The notes below the pieces were generated by a model. The model was not told the origin of the DNA and did not search any database. It saw nothing but the letters and a program-made list of their open reading frames with translations. A program made the position numbers and the translations under genes. From sequence record NC_047812.1: a DNA stretch of 44,234 bases. One strand, given 5' to 3'. The stretch is from Escherichia phage vB_EcoS_CEB_EC3a. Positions 15,347-25,606 of the stretch are shown here, piece by piece (within the stretch, counting starts at the first letter, position 1; every line of letters begins with the position of its first letter).

Positions 15347-18325
15347 ATGGCAACAAATGAATTAGCCGGAATCACACTAGCCGTAGACGTATCTCAGGTA
15401 GACAGGGGTACGCAATCCCTACAGAAGTTCAGACAGGCCAACCAGCAAGCCGCTTCCGGTATTAGTGAGTTCGTCAATGCTGAGCAGGTTGCGAAAAACC
15501 AGGCTAGAGATACCGCTCACGCACTTGCTGAGCAACAAGCATCTTTAGCTAAATTGCAAACTGCTATTGATCCAACTGCGGCAAAGTTCCGTAAGCTGCA
15601 AGAGGCGGCTGTAGGACTTGATAAGGCATTTGCTGCTGGCGTAGTTCCTGATGAGGAGTTTTTCCGATTAGGTGAGGCCCTTGAAACGCAGAACGCAAAA
15701 CTTGCTCGCTCTCGTGCGGCACTAACTGAGGAGGGTAGAGCAGCCGCGCAAGCTGCAAAAGATAAAGCAAAAGCAAAGGCTGAAGCGGATAGGTTCATTG
15801 CATCACTTGAGCGACAGGCTCAAGCAGCGACATTGACGCGTGAGGAGTACTTAAAGTTACAGGCTGCTCAGCTTGGCGTAAGCTCTCAGGCAGCACCTAT
15901 TATTGACAGAATCGCAGAGGCTTCAGAGAGGGCTAATGTTCAATTAGCAAACCAAAGTAAGGCGTTTCTGAGATCAGGATTAAGTGCCGGTCAATACAGG
16001 AATGCTATCAGGATGCTTCCGGCACAGATAACTGATATTACCACGTCATTAGCTAGCGGCATGCCTGTTTGGCTTATTGCAATCCAGCAGGGTGGGCAGA
16101 TTAAGGATAGCTTTGGCGGTATTGGCAACACATTTAGATTCGCGCTTTCAGCCTTAAATCCATTCAATGTTGCTGTTGGTGTTTTGGGTGGGGCGCTTGT
16201 AGCTCTTGGTGTTGGTGCGGCTCAGGCTGAAAGTGAATTCAGGGCGTTAAACTCCGCAATTGCGTTCTCCAACAACTCTACAATAGCATCAATCTCGCAG
16301 GTTAGAGAGTTGGTTAGCTCCGTATCTGATGCTACTGGCGCCACCAGGGGCCTTGTAACCAGCATCGCAACAAGCCTTGTGGAGCAAGGAAACCTTACGC
16401 TAACGCAGATTGACAAGATTACCAAATCGACAGCTAGATGGGCGCAGTTGACAGGTAAAGATGCGAAGGAAATTACTGGTTACTACAACCAGATTGCAAG
16501 CGACCCAATTCAGGGCTTAGTTGATTTGGATAAGCGCTTTAACTTCCTCACTAAGGGGCAGTTGACGACAATCGAAAACCTAAGAAAGACAAAGGGAGAA
16601 GTTGAGGCCGTTACTGCTGCGATTGATATTTTCAGCAAGTCGCAGGAAGCAAACCTTAACGACATTGCAGCGCAGTTAACTCCACTTGAGTTGGCCTGGA
16701 ATGATTTTAGAAAGTACATCTCTGATATCTGGGATGCAATTAGTCGTAGAACGGTTGGGGCGCTTAACCTTTTTGTTGACGTAATCGCCGGAACAATTGA
16801 GCAGATCAGGGTATTCATTAACCAGGGTGATGTGCTGATTGGTGAATTCGTAATTAGCGCAACCCAGGCATTGCAGAACATTCCTGGTCTTGACGGCGTT
16901 GGTGATGATGTTATCAAGGGTCAGCAAAAGATTATCGATGCGGCTAAGAAACAAAACCTTGAGCTAGAAAAGTCTATCAGGGAGCGAGATGCAAGAATCA
17001 GGGAAGGAGAGCTTGGTTACGTTACTCGCAGGGAAAATCAGAATACGAATGAGCAATCGGGTACTGATGAGGAATTTGCGAAAAGGAGGAAGGCACTTAA
17101 GGAAGAGCTTGACGCGATCAAGAAGAATAGGAAAGAGGAAAATGGGAGGGTTAAGGAGCAAAGAGATTTAACAATTGGTTATGAATCTGGTGTCCTAGCG
17201 CTTCAGGCCCAGCTCAAGGTGCTTCAGGAAAATAGGGATATTGGCGCAGTAATAAGCAATGAGCGCAAGCAGTATCTTCAGGAGGAGGCCAAATTCAGGA
17301 TTCTTGAGCAGAGACAACTTGATGGCTCAATTACCAAAGAGCAAGCAAGACTTCTCATTGAAAAGGATAAAGTTCTTGAGTTAGCCAGACAGAAGGCTGA
17401 GCTAGGTGATCAGATTGTTTTGCAGGAGCGAGCTAATAAGTTAGCTGAAGATAACCGCAAGAAGATTCTTCAGATTAACAATGAGGCAAGTAACATTGAT
17501 TTGGGTGCTGGTTTATCATCTCGCGAGCAGCAGAGAGCCAAAGAGATTCAGGCTCTTCAATCCAATCAGGTTAATGCTGGTGGTTCTGTTGATGATGTTG
17601 ATTTTCAGCAATTACTGGAAGCAAGAAAGGAATACTACAAGCAGGAGGATAATCTTAGGTCAGACTGGCAATCCGGTGTAACATCCACTCTCGACGACTT
17701 GACAGAGAAGTACACTGACTACAACCAGATTGCTAAGGACTTAACTGTTGCGGCATTCGATGGAATTACAGAACAGATTACAAACCTTGTAACCACTGGT
17801 GAGACTAATTTCAGAGATTTCACAGCAAGCATCCTCAAAATGATTGCGAAGATTGCAACTCAGTTACTTTTGGTTAAGGCTATAGAATCAACATTAACTA
17901 GTTTTGGCGGTGGGGGAGGTAATGCGTTTGGCTCTTTTGCATCTGCTATAGGCTTTGCTGGTGGCGGTTACACTGGTGATGGTGGGAAGTATCAGCCAGC
18001 AGGTACGGTTCATCGCGGGGAGTTTGTATTCACAAAAGAAGCTACAAGCCGAATAGGTGTCAAAAACCTTTATGCGCTAATGAAGGGTTACGCAAACGGC
18101 GGCGCGGTTGGTGGTCCTTCAGGATATGCAAATGGCGGCTTGGTTTCTGGTGGTTCAGATGTTAATGTTAGCGGAATTACTGTTAACGTCAATGGTGGCG
18201 TTGGTAGCGACCCAGAGCATGCCAAAGCATTGCAGAGCGGCGTCAAGGCTATCGTAGCGGAAGAAATTGCTCAGTCTTTCCAGCAGGGTGGGCGTGCTTA
18301 TGCTTACCTTCGCGGATTCAACTAA
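15347..18325 (+). CDS. tail tape measure protein
   Basis: 992 aa, Ala/Gln/Glu-rich coiled coils, Gly-rich C-terminus, position after G/GT. Confidence 0.9.
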   Translation: MATNELAGITLAVDVSQVDRGTQSLQKFRQANQQAASGISEFVNAEQVAKNQARDTAHALAEQQASLAKLQTAIDPTAAKFRKLQEAAVGLDKAFAAGVVPDEEFFRLGEALETQNAKLARSRAALTEEGRAAAQAAKDKAKAKAEADRFIASLERQAQAATLTREEYLKLQAAQLGVSSQAAPIIDRIAEASERANVQLANQSKAFLRSGLSAGQYRNAIRMLPAQITDITTSLASGMPVWLIAIQQGGQIKDSFGGIGNTFRFALSALNPFNVAVGVLGGALVALGVGAAQAESEFRALNSAIAFSNNSTIASISQVRELVSSVSDATGATRGLVTSIATSLVEQGNLTLTQIDKITKSTARWAQLTGKDAKEITGYYNQIASDPIQGLVDLDKRFNFLTKGQLTTIENLRKTKGEVEAVTAAIDIFSKSQEANLNDIAAQLTPLELAWNDFRKYISDIWDAISRRTVGALNLFVDVIAGTIEQIRVFINQGDVLIGEFVISATQALQNIPGLDGVGDDVIKGQQKIIDAAKKQNLELEKSIRERDARIREGELGYVTRRENQNTNEQSGTDEEFAKRRKALKEELDAIKKNRKEENGRVKEQRDLTIGYESGVLALQAQLKVLQENRDIGAVISNERKQYLQEEAKFRILEQRQLDGSITKEQARLLIEKDKVLELARQKAELGDQIVLQERANKLAEDNRKKILQINNEASNIDLGAGLSSREQQRAKEIQALQSNQVNAGGSVDDVDFQQLLEARKEYYKQEDNLRSDWQSGVTSTLDDLTEKYTDYNQIAKDLTVAAFDGITEQITNLVTTGETNFRDFTASILKMIAKIATQLLLVKAIESTLTSFGGGGGNAFGSFASAIGFAGGGYTGDGGKYQPAGTVHRGEFVFTKEATSRIGVKNLYALMKGYANGGAVGGPSGYANGGLVSGGSDVNVSGITVNVNGGVGSDPEHAKALQSGVKAIVAEEIAQSFQQGGRAYAYLRGFN

Positions 18326-18330
18326 TTAAC

Positions 18331-18352
18331 GGGGCTTCGGCCCCTAAGGATT
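18331..18352 (+). terminator. weak intrinsic terminator
   Basis: GGGGCTTCGGCCCC hairpin with interrupted T-run. Confidence 0.45.
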
Positions 18353-18355
18353 TTT

Positions 18356-18706
18356 ATGGCTATTGATACTTTTAACTGGTGCACGCAAATCCAGGGTGGA
18401 TCAGCATCTTTCAGTAACACCAACAACGTGCGAATTGTTAGCTTTGGCAATGGTTTTGAGCAAAGAGGAACAGGAGGCTACCGCAGTAATAAACGCAGCT
18501 ACCAGATGACCTACACTAACAAGGATTGGCGGGAGGTTATGGATTTCTGCTTCAACCACATCATTACCCCGTTCTTCTGGACAACTCCGCAGGGTGATAC
18601 ATCAATGTTTGTGATTCAACAGGATAGTATTAGCGTGACACCAGTCAGTAAGGAAGTTCAGACTGTAAACATGCAATTCGTGGAAGTATTTAGCTCAATG
18701 CGTTAA
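18356..18706 (+). CDS. minor tail protein (lambda gpM-like)
   Basis: 116 aa directly after tape measure, lambda tail gene order. Confidence 0.6.
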   Translation: MAIDTFNWCTQIQGGSASFSNTNNVRIVSFGNGFEQRGTGGYRSNKRSYQMTYTNKDWREVMDFCFNHIITPFFWTTPQGDTSMFVIQQDSISVTPVSKEVQTVNMQFVEVFSSMR

Positions 18707-18709
18707 ACT

Positions 18710-18732
18710 AGGCCCCATTAGGGGCTTTTTTA
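18710..18732 (+). terminator. intrinsic terminator
   Basis: AGGCCCCATTAGGGGCTT hairpin + T6. Confidence 0.7.
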
Positions 18733-18744
18733 TTGGAGAAAATC

Positions 18745-19500
18745 ATGTTAAGTCCAAAGTTTGAAAATCAGTTGCAAAGTCTTTTCCCAGGCGAGATTGT
18801 GACTCTAATCCAGGTTGACGGAACCTCATTTGGCTCTCTCGTTTATTCGTTCCACAATGAGAACATTTCATACACGCCAGAGGAAATCATGCTAGCCCAG
18901 ATGAATGGGGAGCCGCTACCAGAGAAGACTATTACATTTCGCGGTGAAGAGTATGGCCCTAGACCTTTCGGTATATCTGGCATCAATATGACCTCTGACG
19001 GCAAGGCCAACAAAGTTACACTAACAGTATCAAACGTAGACCAGCGCATTAGCGCCTTGATTCGAACATACAACGGACTTGTTAAAGCTAAGGTTACCAT
19101 CTGGATTACTACGCGAGATAACATCAATGAAGACGGGAGTATTGCTGATGGAGATTATCGCAAATTCGTTTACTTCATTGAGCGACCTAAGCAGGTTGAT
19201 TACAAAACTGCGTCATTTGAGCTTAGTAGCCCGATGGATATGGATGGCATTTATATCCCAGCGAGACTTGTTCAGTCTGTTTGCTACTGGGCTTCTAGGG
19301 GTTGGTATCGTAGCGGGAATGGGTGTGCTTATGCTGGAAATAGATACTTTAATAAGGATGATGAGCCAGTGGCAGATCCTTCATTAGACTTCTGTGCAGG
19401 AACTGTTAACAGTTGCAAGCTTAGATTTGGTGAGAATAATCAGTTAGATTTTGGCGGCTGCGCTGCCGCAAGCCTTCAGGCTAAAGCCAACCAGAGTTAA
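18745..19500 (+). CDS. minor tail protein (lambda gpL-like) with C-terminal Cys cluster
   Basis: Four cysteines near C-terminus (CYWAS..GNGCAYAG..FCAGTVNSCKLRFG) as in Fe-S cluster of gpL. Confidence 0.7.
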   Translation: MLSPKFENQLQSLFPGEIVTLIQVDGTSFGSLVYSFHNENISYTPEEIMLAQMNGEPLPEKTITFRGEEYGPRPFGISGINMTSDGKANKVTLTVSNVDQRISALIRTYNGLVKAKVTIWITTRDNINEDGSIADGDYRKFVYFIERPKQVDYKTASFELSSPMDMDGIYIPARLVQSVCYWASRGWYRSGNGCAYAGNRYFNKDDEPVADPSLDFCAGTVNSCKLRFGENNQLDFGGCAAASLQAKANQS

Positions 19501-19510
19501 GGGGAAATAA

Positions 19511-20269
19511 ATGTTAACACCAAAAGTTAAACTGGAAATATTCAAGCACGCAAAAGAGGTTTACCCGCATGAGTGCTGTGGAGTTGTCACGCAGAAGGGT
19601 CGGGCCCAGAAGTATCACAGAATCACCAATGCAAGCAAAGATCCTGAGAATGAATTCATCCTTGACTCAAATGAGTATGCAGATATTCTCTTTGAGTTGG
19701 CTCACAATGAATCTATTGTTTACGTAGTTCACTCTCACACTGGTGATGGTGCCACAACAAGACCCAGTCCTGCGGATATCTGTAGCTGTAACGAGTGCGA
19801 GATTCCTTACGTTATCGTAAGCATCCCAGAGGGAGATATGCGGATTCTTGAGCCATCAACCATGCCTCTGATTGGTCGACCCTGGGGCCTTGGTAGCTTT
19901 GATTGCTGGGGATTAGTCATGGAATTTCACAAGAAATACGGCGTAAAAATGAATGACTACCGCGTTAATTACCCGTGGTGGGAGAAGCGGTACAATGAAA
20001 ATATCTATGACGACAATTGGATTAAGGAAGGATTTGAGCTGGTAAAAAATTCAGATATTCCGATTGGCTCAATGATTATGATGCAGGTGCAAAGTGAGGT
20101 TACAAACCACGCTGGAATCTACATTGGCAACAACAGATTCATTCATCACCTTTATGGTAAAATGAGCTCAGTTGATATCTACTCCGATTACTGGCGAGAG
20201 CGCACTGTGCGAATCGTTCGCCATAAGGATTTACCAGAGGATGTAATTTATGACCCAGAAACTGATTGA
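19511..20269 (+). CDS. tail assembly protein (lambda gpK-like; MPN/JAMM + NlpC/P60 domains)
   Basis: JAMM-like HSHTGDGATTRPSPAD motif and C-terminal Cys/His (FDCWGLV ... HAGIYIG). Confidence 0.75.
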   Translation: MLTPKVKLEIFKHAKEVYPHECCGVVTQKGRAQKYHRITNASKDPENEFILDSNEYADILFELAHNESIVYVVHSHTGDGATTRPSPADICSCNECEIPYVIVSIPEGDMRILEPSTMPLIGRPWGLGSFDCWGLVMEFHKKYGVKMNDYRVNYPWWEKRYNENIYDDNWIKEGFELVKNSDIPIGSMIMMQVQSEVTNHAGIYIGNNRFIHHLYGKMSSVDIYSDYWRERTVRIVRHKDLPEDVIYDPETD

Positions 20270-20822
20270 TATTAAGTTAGGCCTGTCTCTAGGTCGCAAG
20301 TTTGGCAAGCTTCATCAGATGGCAGTGAATAGCGTACCCGAGGCGATGCGAGCTCTTTGCTCCCAGATTCCAGCCTTCAAGGAGTTCATGAATAGCCATG
20401 TAGGGCAAAACACAAGGTACGCCGTTTTCGTTGATGGCAAAAATGTGAACGAACATCGAATCTCTGATTTCAGTGCCGTTCAGGAGATACGCATCTTGCC
20501 AATCCCGCAAGGCCGAAAGTCAGGCGGTTTGTTTCAAACAATTTTGGGTGCCGCGCTTATCACGGTAGGTATCTTCACTGGTCAGATTTATCTTGTCGGC
20601 GCTGGCGTTTCCCTAGCTGCGGGTGGTATTGCTCAGCTGTTATCACCGCAAGCAACTGGATTGAAGACTCAGAACAACCAAACAAGCAACCGTGCATCAT
20701 ACGCATTCGGATCCGCTGTAAACACAGTGGCCGCTGGATATCCAGTCTGCCTACCATATGGCTATCGAACGGTTGGCGGCTCGGTGTTTAGTGCTGGCAG
20801 CTACGCCGAAGACAATGCTTAA
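20250..20822 (+). CDS. tail assembly protein (lambda gpI-like)
   Basis: 190 aa overlapping K, upstream of J; C-terminal hydrophobic Gly-rich segment. Confidence 0.65.
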   Translation: MTQKLIDIKLGLSLGRKFGKLHQMAVNSVPEAMRALCSQIPAFKEFMNSHVGQNTRYAVFVDGKNVNEHRISDFSAVQEIRILPIPQGRKSGGLFQTILGAALITVGIFTGQIYLVGAGVSLAAGGIAQLLSPQATGLKTQNNQTSNRASYAFGSAVNTVAAGYPVCLPYGYRTVGGSVFSAGSYAEDNA

Positions 20823-20829
20823 ATATCAT

Positions 20830-20852
20830 ACCCGCCTAGTGCGGGTTTTTTA
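20830..20852 (+). terminator. intrinsic terminator
   Basis: ACCCGCCTAGTGCGGGT hairpin + T6. Confidence 0.75.
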
Positions 20853-20863
20853 TTTAGTGTAGA

Positions 20864-23800
20864 ATGGCACAAATGATCAAAACAAACATGAGGCTTCGTG
20901 ATATGGCTGAAGAGATTAAGATTTATGGTGCTAAGGGTGGTAGCCAGAAGCAGCACCAACCAGTGGAGCAGGAAGACAACCTCATTTCACTAAACAAGGT
21001 TAAGGTTTTGCTTGCTGTCGCTGACGGAGAGGTGGATTCAAACTTCTCAATGAAGGATTTATACCTTGCTGACGTTCCCGTGCAAAACCAGGATGGTAGC
21101 TACAACTACGAAGGTGTTCGCGCTGAGTTCCGTGCTGGCACGCAGTATCAGGAATATATCGCTGGTCTTGATGGTGCCAACTCAGAGATTCAGGCTTCCA
21201 GAGAAATCACGAACGATACCCCGTACATCATTGCGGTTAACAATACTCAGCTATCAGCGATTCGAATTAAGCTATTTTGGCCTCGACTAGTTAAACAAGA
21301 GAGTAACGGTGACCTGAATGGTATAACTTGCGAGTATGCAATTGACCTTTCCGTTAATGGTGGTGCTTACCAGGAATACACTCGCGGAGTTGCTAACGGG
21401 AAGACCACTACAGGTTACGACCGCAGCATTCGCGTGAACCTTCCTGCAGAGTTTGATAGCGCATTGGTTCGCATCCGTAAGATTACAGCAGATTCAACAA
21501 GTAGCACGCTGGTTAACGGAATGCAGATTACAACCTATCAGGAAGTAATCGACGCTAAATTCCGCTATCCGCTTACGGCACTTGTTTATGTTGAGTTCGG
21601 CTCTGACTTGTTCCCTAACGGCATCCCGACAATCTCAATCAAGAAGCGATGGAAGTTAATTCAGGTCCCAACGAACTATGATCCTGAGACTAGAACCTAC
21701 AGCGGCACGTGGAATGGCCTGTTCAAAATGGCGTGGTCAAACAACCCTGCCTGGGTTCTTTATGACTTAGTGACAAACCGCCGATATGGTCTTGATCAGC
21801 GAGAGCTTGGTGTAGAGATTGATAAATGGGGACTGTATGAAGCTGCGCAATTCTGCGACCAGATGGTGCCGGATGGTAAGGGTGGAATGGAACCGCGATA
21901 TCTATGCGACATGGTTGTACAGAACAAGGTTGAGGCCTACACACTAATTCGTGACATTTGCTCAATCTTTCGTGGACTGACTTTCTATGATGGAGAAAAG
22001 ATTGGTATCGTGGTTGATAAACCTCGCAATCCATCTTACATCTTCACTAATGATAACGTTGTAAACGGATTATTCAGCCGCACTTTTGCCAGCGATAAAA
22101 GCCTTTACACTACGGCAAACGTTCAGTTTGATGATGTGGAGAACAACTATCAGCAGGATGTTGAGCCAGTATTTGAGCTCGAGGCTACTCGCCGATTTGG
22201 TTTTAACCCGGTCGACCTAACGGCAATTGGATGTACGCGAAGAAGTGAAGCAAACAGACGCGGAAGATGGCTACTGAAAACCAACCTGAGAAGCGAAACT
22301 ATCAGCTTCACTACCGGGTTGGAAGGCATGATTCCGATGATTGGTGAGGTTATTGCGGTTAATGACGCTGCATGGTCGAGCAACTACCAGTTAAACCTTT
22401 CCGGTCGTATTGAATCAGTTCAGGGATTGCAGGTTTTCACCCCGTTCAAAGTTGACGCGGCACCGGGTGACAGAATTCTTCTGAACAAGCCTGACGGAAG
22501 CCCGGAAGCAAGAACTATCGCCAGCGTTTCGGAAGATGGTAGAACTATCAACCTGAATACTGCTTTTAGTTTTGTAGCTCAGCCTGACACTGTATTCGCA
22601 ATCGATAAGGATAATCTGGCGCTTCAGCAGTATGTTGTGACCGGGATTCAAAAAGCAGATTCTGATGGTTCGGATTCATTCCAGTATACGATTACCGCGG
22701 TGGAGTATGACCCGAACAAGTATGACGAGATTGACTACGGCGTTAACATTGTTGACCGTCCAACTTCAATTGTGGAACCTGACAGATTATCGCCACCAGA
22801 AAACCTGACCGTGTCAAGTTATAGTAAGGTTGTTCAGGGCTTGTCGGTTGAGACGATGGTTATCGGATGGGATAAGGCTCCATACGCTAAAACCTACAAT
22901 GTTCAATGGAGGAAAGAAAATGGTAACTGGATTAACGTACCCAGAACAGCAAGTACAGAGGTTGATATCGAAGGTATTTACGCAGGAATCTATGACGTTA
23001 GGGTTCGCAGCGTATCAGATACTGAAAACGTGTCTGCCTGGTCTGACATTGTAACTGTATCACTAACTGGCAAGATTGGTCGTCCCTCTGCACCTACGGT
23101 TATCACGGCATCAAATGATGAAGTATTTGGTATCCGTGTTAAGTGGGGTTTCCCTGATGGCTCTGGCGATACTGCTTATACTGAACTTCAGCAGGTTGCT
23201 GATAATGGTGATGGTACATACAATCCTGATAACGCAAGTTTGCTTACGTTACTTCCGTACCCAGCCTATGAATACTGGCATACGCCAATTCAGCCAGGCA
23301 AGGTTATCTGGTATCGCGCAAGATTGATTGACAGAATCGGAAATACGTCTGATTGGTCTAATTTCTCAAGAGGCATGAGTACTGACGACGCCAACATTAT
23401 CAATGATTACATCAAGGTTGATATTGAGGGTTCTGAAGGATTCAAATACCTCGAGCAGAATGCGATTCAAAAGAATCAGGACATTCAGAATCAGGCAGAG
23501 TCAATTCTTGAGAACGCATTAGCTAATGACACTGATGTTCGTCGCATGACTAAGGAGAATGGCAAACGTAAGGCTGAATATGTTCAGGCGGTGAATCTCA
23601 TAGCTGATGAAACTCAGGCGCGTGTAGAAGCTCTAACGCAGCTTAAGGCGCAAATTGATGATGAGGTCGTTGCATCAATTACTGAAGTTCAGACAGCGTT
23701 AGCAACCGAGACGGAGGCAAGAACTACATCCGACACTCAGCTATCAGCAAGAATTGGTGATAACGAGGCAGCGTTAAACCAGAAGCTGGACGCTTTTGCT

Positions 23801-24289
23801 AACGCCACATCGACTGGCGTACAGTACGGGATTAGCCTTGGCCTGAAATACAATGGGCAGACTTATTCATCCGGGATGAGCATGGAGCTTGTTGGCACCG
23901 GTGGGAATGTTCGCAGCCAGTTCATTTTTGATGCAAACAGATTCGCGATCAGTAACGGCATTGGCTCTGGTTCCGGTCAGTGGCAGCTCCCCTTCGTTGT
24001 CGAGAACGGAAACGTAATCATCCAGAGCGCAGTAATCGGTGATGGTTCAATCAGTAACGCGAAGATTGGTAACTTTATTCAGTCAAATAACTATGTGGCA
24101 GGAACTACAGGCTGGAGGATTGATAAATCAGGAAGTGCAGAGCTAAGCAACGCCACTGTAAGAGGTAATCTTTACGCTAACAATGGTAACTTCGCATTCA
24201 ACGGAACCAATAACACTGTTCAGATTAACAACAATGGAATTACGGTAAACTTACCGAACGGAGGTAGAGTTGTAGTTGGAGTGTGGTAA
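20864..24289 (+). CDS. central tail fiber / host specificity protein (lambda gpJ-like)
   Basis: 1141 aa, last gene of tail operon after I. Confidence 0.85.
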   Translation: MAQMIKTNMRLRDMAEEIKIYGAKGGSQKQHQPVEQEDNLISLNKVKVLLAVADGEVDSNFSMKDLYLADVPVQNQDGSYNYEGVRAEFRAGTQYQEYIAGLDGANSEIQASREITNDTPYIIAVNNTQLSAIRIKLFWPRLVKQESNGDLNGITCEYAIDLSVNGGAYQEYTRGVANGKTTTGYDRSIRVNLPAEFDSALVRIRKITADSTSSTLVNGMQITTYQEVIDAKFRYPLTALVYVEFGSDLFPNGIPTISIKKRWKLIQVPTNYDPETRTYSGTWNGLFKMAWSNNPAWVLYDLVTNRRYGLDQRELGVEIDKWGLYEAAQFCDQMVPDGKGGMEPRYLCDMVVQNKVEAYTLIRDICSIFRGLTFYDGEKIGIVVDKPRNPSYIFTNDNVVNGLFSRTFASDKSLYTTANVQFDDVENNYQQDVEPVFELEATRRFGFNPVDLTAIGCTRRSEANRRGRWLLKTNLRSETISFTTGLEGMIPMIGEVIAVNDAAWSSNYQLNLSGRIESVQGLQVFTPFKVDAAPGDRILLNKPDGSPEARTIASVSEDGRTINLNTAFSFVAQPDTVFAIDKDNLALQQYVVTGIQKADSDGSDSFQYTITAVEYDPNKYDEIDYGVNIVDRPTSIVEPDRLSPPENLTVSSYSKVVQGLSVETMVIGWDKAPYAKTYNVQWRKENGNWINVPRTASTEVDIEGIYAGIYDVRVRSVSDTENVSAWSDIVTVSLTGKIGRPSAPTVITASNDEVFGIRVKWGFPDGSGDTAYTELQQVADNGDGTYNPDNASLLTLLPYPAYEYWHTPIQPGKVIWYRARLIDRIGNTSDWSNFSRGMSTDDANIINDYIKVDIEGSEGFKYLEQNAIQKNQDIQNQAESILENALANDTDVRRMTKENGKRKAEYVQAVNLIADETQARVEALTQLKAQIDDEVVASITEVQTALATETEARTTSDTQLSARIGDNEAALNQKLDAFANATSTGVQYGISLGLKYNGQTYSSGMSMELVGTGGNVRSQFIFDANRFAISNGIGSGSGQWQLPFVVENGNVIIQSAVIGDGSISNAKIGNFIQSNNYVAGTTGWRIDKSGSAELSNATVRGNLYANNGNFAFNGTNNTVQINNNGITVNLPNGGRVVVGVW

Positions 24290-24295
24290 ATGATT

Positions 24296-24320
24296 AGGCC
24301 CCTTTCGGGGCCTTTTCTTT
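24296..24320. terminator. bidirectional intrinsic terminator between convergent operons
   Basis: AGGCCCCTTTCGGGGCCT hairpin with T-run downstream and A-run upstream. Confidence 0.75.
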
Positions 24321-25291
24321 TAGTAGAAGTTTGGAATAAATGGAAGTGCCATTGATATGTTTGTGTCGAAAGGGAACCGGGCGCCAGTCTGGGTTGAATA
24401 GTTACCTATTACAGAGCCAGGAACAGCCCTAACAGAGCCTCCAGACATGCAAATGCCCTTGTATCGCAAGTTGTTATACCCTCCAGTAACTCTAGTCGTA
24501 GCGCCACATCTAAGAAGCGGGAAGAATCCACCATTTATTGACTGATATACATTGCTTATTTGTATAAATCCACTAAGTACAAATGGTCGCCTAACGCTGG
24601 AGAAAACAATCTGACCAGAGCTATTTGACATTGTAAGACCGGGTCCAGCTACTGGAGGTTCATTCCTGAATATCACCAACTGAACGTAAGTGCTTGCCGC
24701 CACGTCATCTATGCCACCATAGTTTACATCACGGCACCATATCGTACTGCCATCACTCTCCAGAGACACATTTGGGTTATCCCACTTACCAAATGGTATT
24801 CCGCTAACTGGTAGCGACGCTGCCCCGTTAACCTGTATACCTCCAACCCATGCTGCTGACATTAGTCTCGAGTTGCTTGATATAGCAAGGAAGTCAGTTG
24901 AGTTCTCAATGAGTATCCCTGGACTTGATGAAGATGAAGCCGGTAGTATCTCAAAGCAATTCCCAGCAAAGTCAATTATTCGACCTCTGGCACCATTGAA
25001 GTTGCTGAGCGTTATCCTACCAGTGCCGTCATTTACCTTTTGAAACCCGTTCATGTAATAAACTTCGGGTATAACATCATAAGCGTCAACGTGGACCGCC
25101 TTCGTTGGTAGGCAGAAAGCCGTAGAGCCAGGGGACATTGTCAATCCAAAATCCCAAGAACTTGCTGGGGTTGAAAGTCCATTGGTATTTATTGATCCAG
25201 TCACAGCAGGTGCCCTTAACCCTGCCGTAATCTCCATAGCTGGTCTTCCGTCATTGAGGTCAATCAATATACCCTGAGGCATTATTTCCAC
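24320..25291 (-). CDS. hypothetical Ser/Gly/Asn-rich protein co-transcribed with cor-like gene
   Basis: 323 aa ORF; start overlaps stop of upstream lipoprotein gene. Confidence 0.6.
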   Translation of the reverse strand: MEIMPQGILIDLNDGRPAMEITAGLRAPAVTGSINTNGLSTPASSWDFGLTMSPGSTAFCLPTKAVHVDAYDVIPEVYYMNGFQKVNDGTGRITLSNFNGARGRIIDFAGNCFEILPASSSSSPGILIENSTDFLAISSNSRLMSAAWVGGIQVNGAASLPVSGIPFGKWDNPNVSLESDGSTIWCRDVNYGGIDDVAASTYVQLVIFRNEPPVAGPGLTMSNSSGQIVFSSVRRPFVLSGFIQISNVYQSINGGFFPLLRCGATTRVTGGYNNLRYKGICMSGGSVRAVPGSVIGNYSTQTGARFPFDTNISMALPFIPNFY

Positions 25292-25524
25292 TCCTTACTG
25301 CCGTGATCTGCAACAGAACCGCCGTAACCGCCACCAGTGGCCTTAATTCCATCGTATCGCACATCAACTTCACCAGCTGGTACAATCACACCATTTTTCC
25401 ATTTAGCTACGCACACGCCGTTTGCTTGGGTTGCACACCATCCATCAGGTCGAGGACCTGAAGAACAACCTACCATCATGATTACTGCTGCGGCGATGAT
25501 TGCTGATTTGATTAAGTTAGTCAT
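25282..25524 (-). CDS. cor: Cor-like superinfection-exclusion lipoprotein (putative)
   Basis: 80 aa, signal peptide with lipobox MMVGCSS, Cys/Gly-rich; downstream of tail fiber genes. Confidence 0.5.
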   Translation of the reverse strand: MTNLIKSAIIAAAVIMMVGCSSGPRPDGWCATQANGVCVAKWKNGVIVPAGEVDVRYDGIKATGGGYGGSVADHGSKEWK

Positions 25525-25544
25525 TTTGAATTCCTCATTAAGTT

Positions 25545-25606
25545 GTTTCGTTTCGATGTGGTAATAGTATCGAATCCTTGCGATCAGTGTTTAGCAATTA
25601 GTGCTA
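25545..25606 (-). promoter_or_regulatory. palindrome-promoter module, minus strand (TAGCACTAATTGCTAAA; -10 TACTAT; leader TTACCACATCGAAACGAAAC)
   Basis: Reverse complement of 25545-25612 matches module; palindrome TAG is stop of Rha-like gene. Confidence 0.6.

Noticed and set aside
15517-16917. Several minus-strand ORFs (15517-15798, 15564-15776, 16222-16425, 16510-16917, 16676-16954) inside the tape measure gene
   Set aside because: Antisense to a long, well-supported gene; Ala/Ser-rich translations typical of GC-rich antisense frames; no RBS
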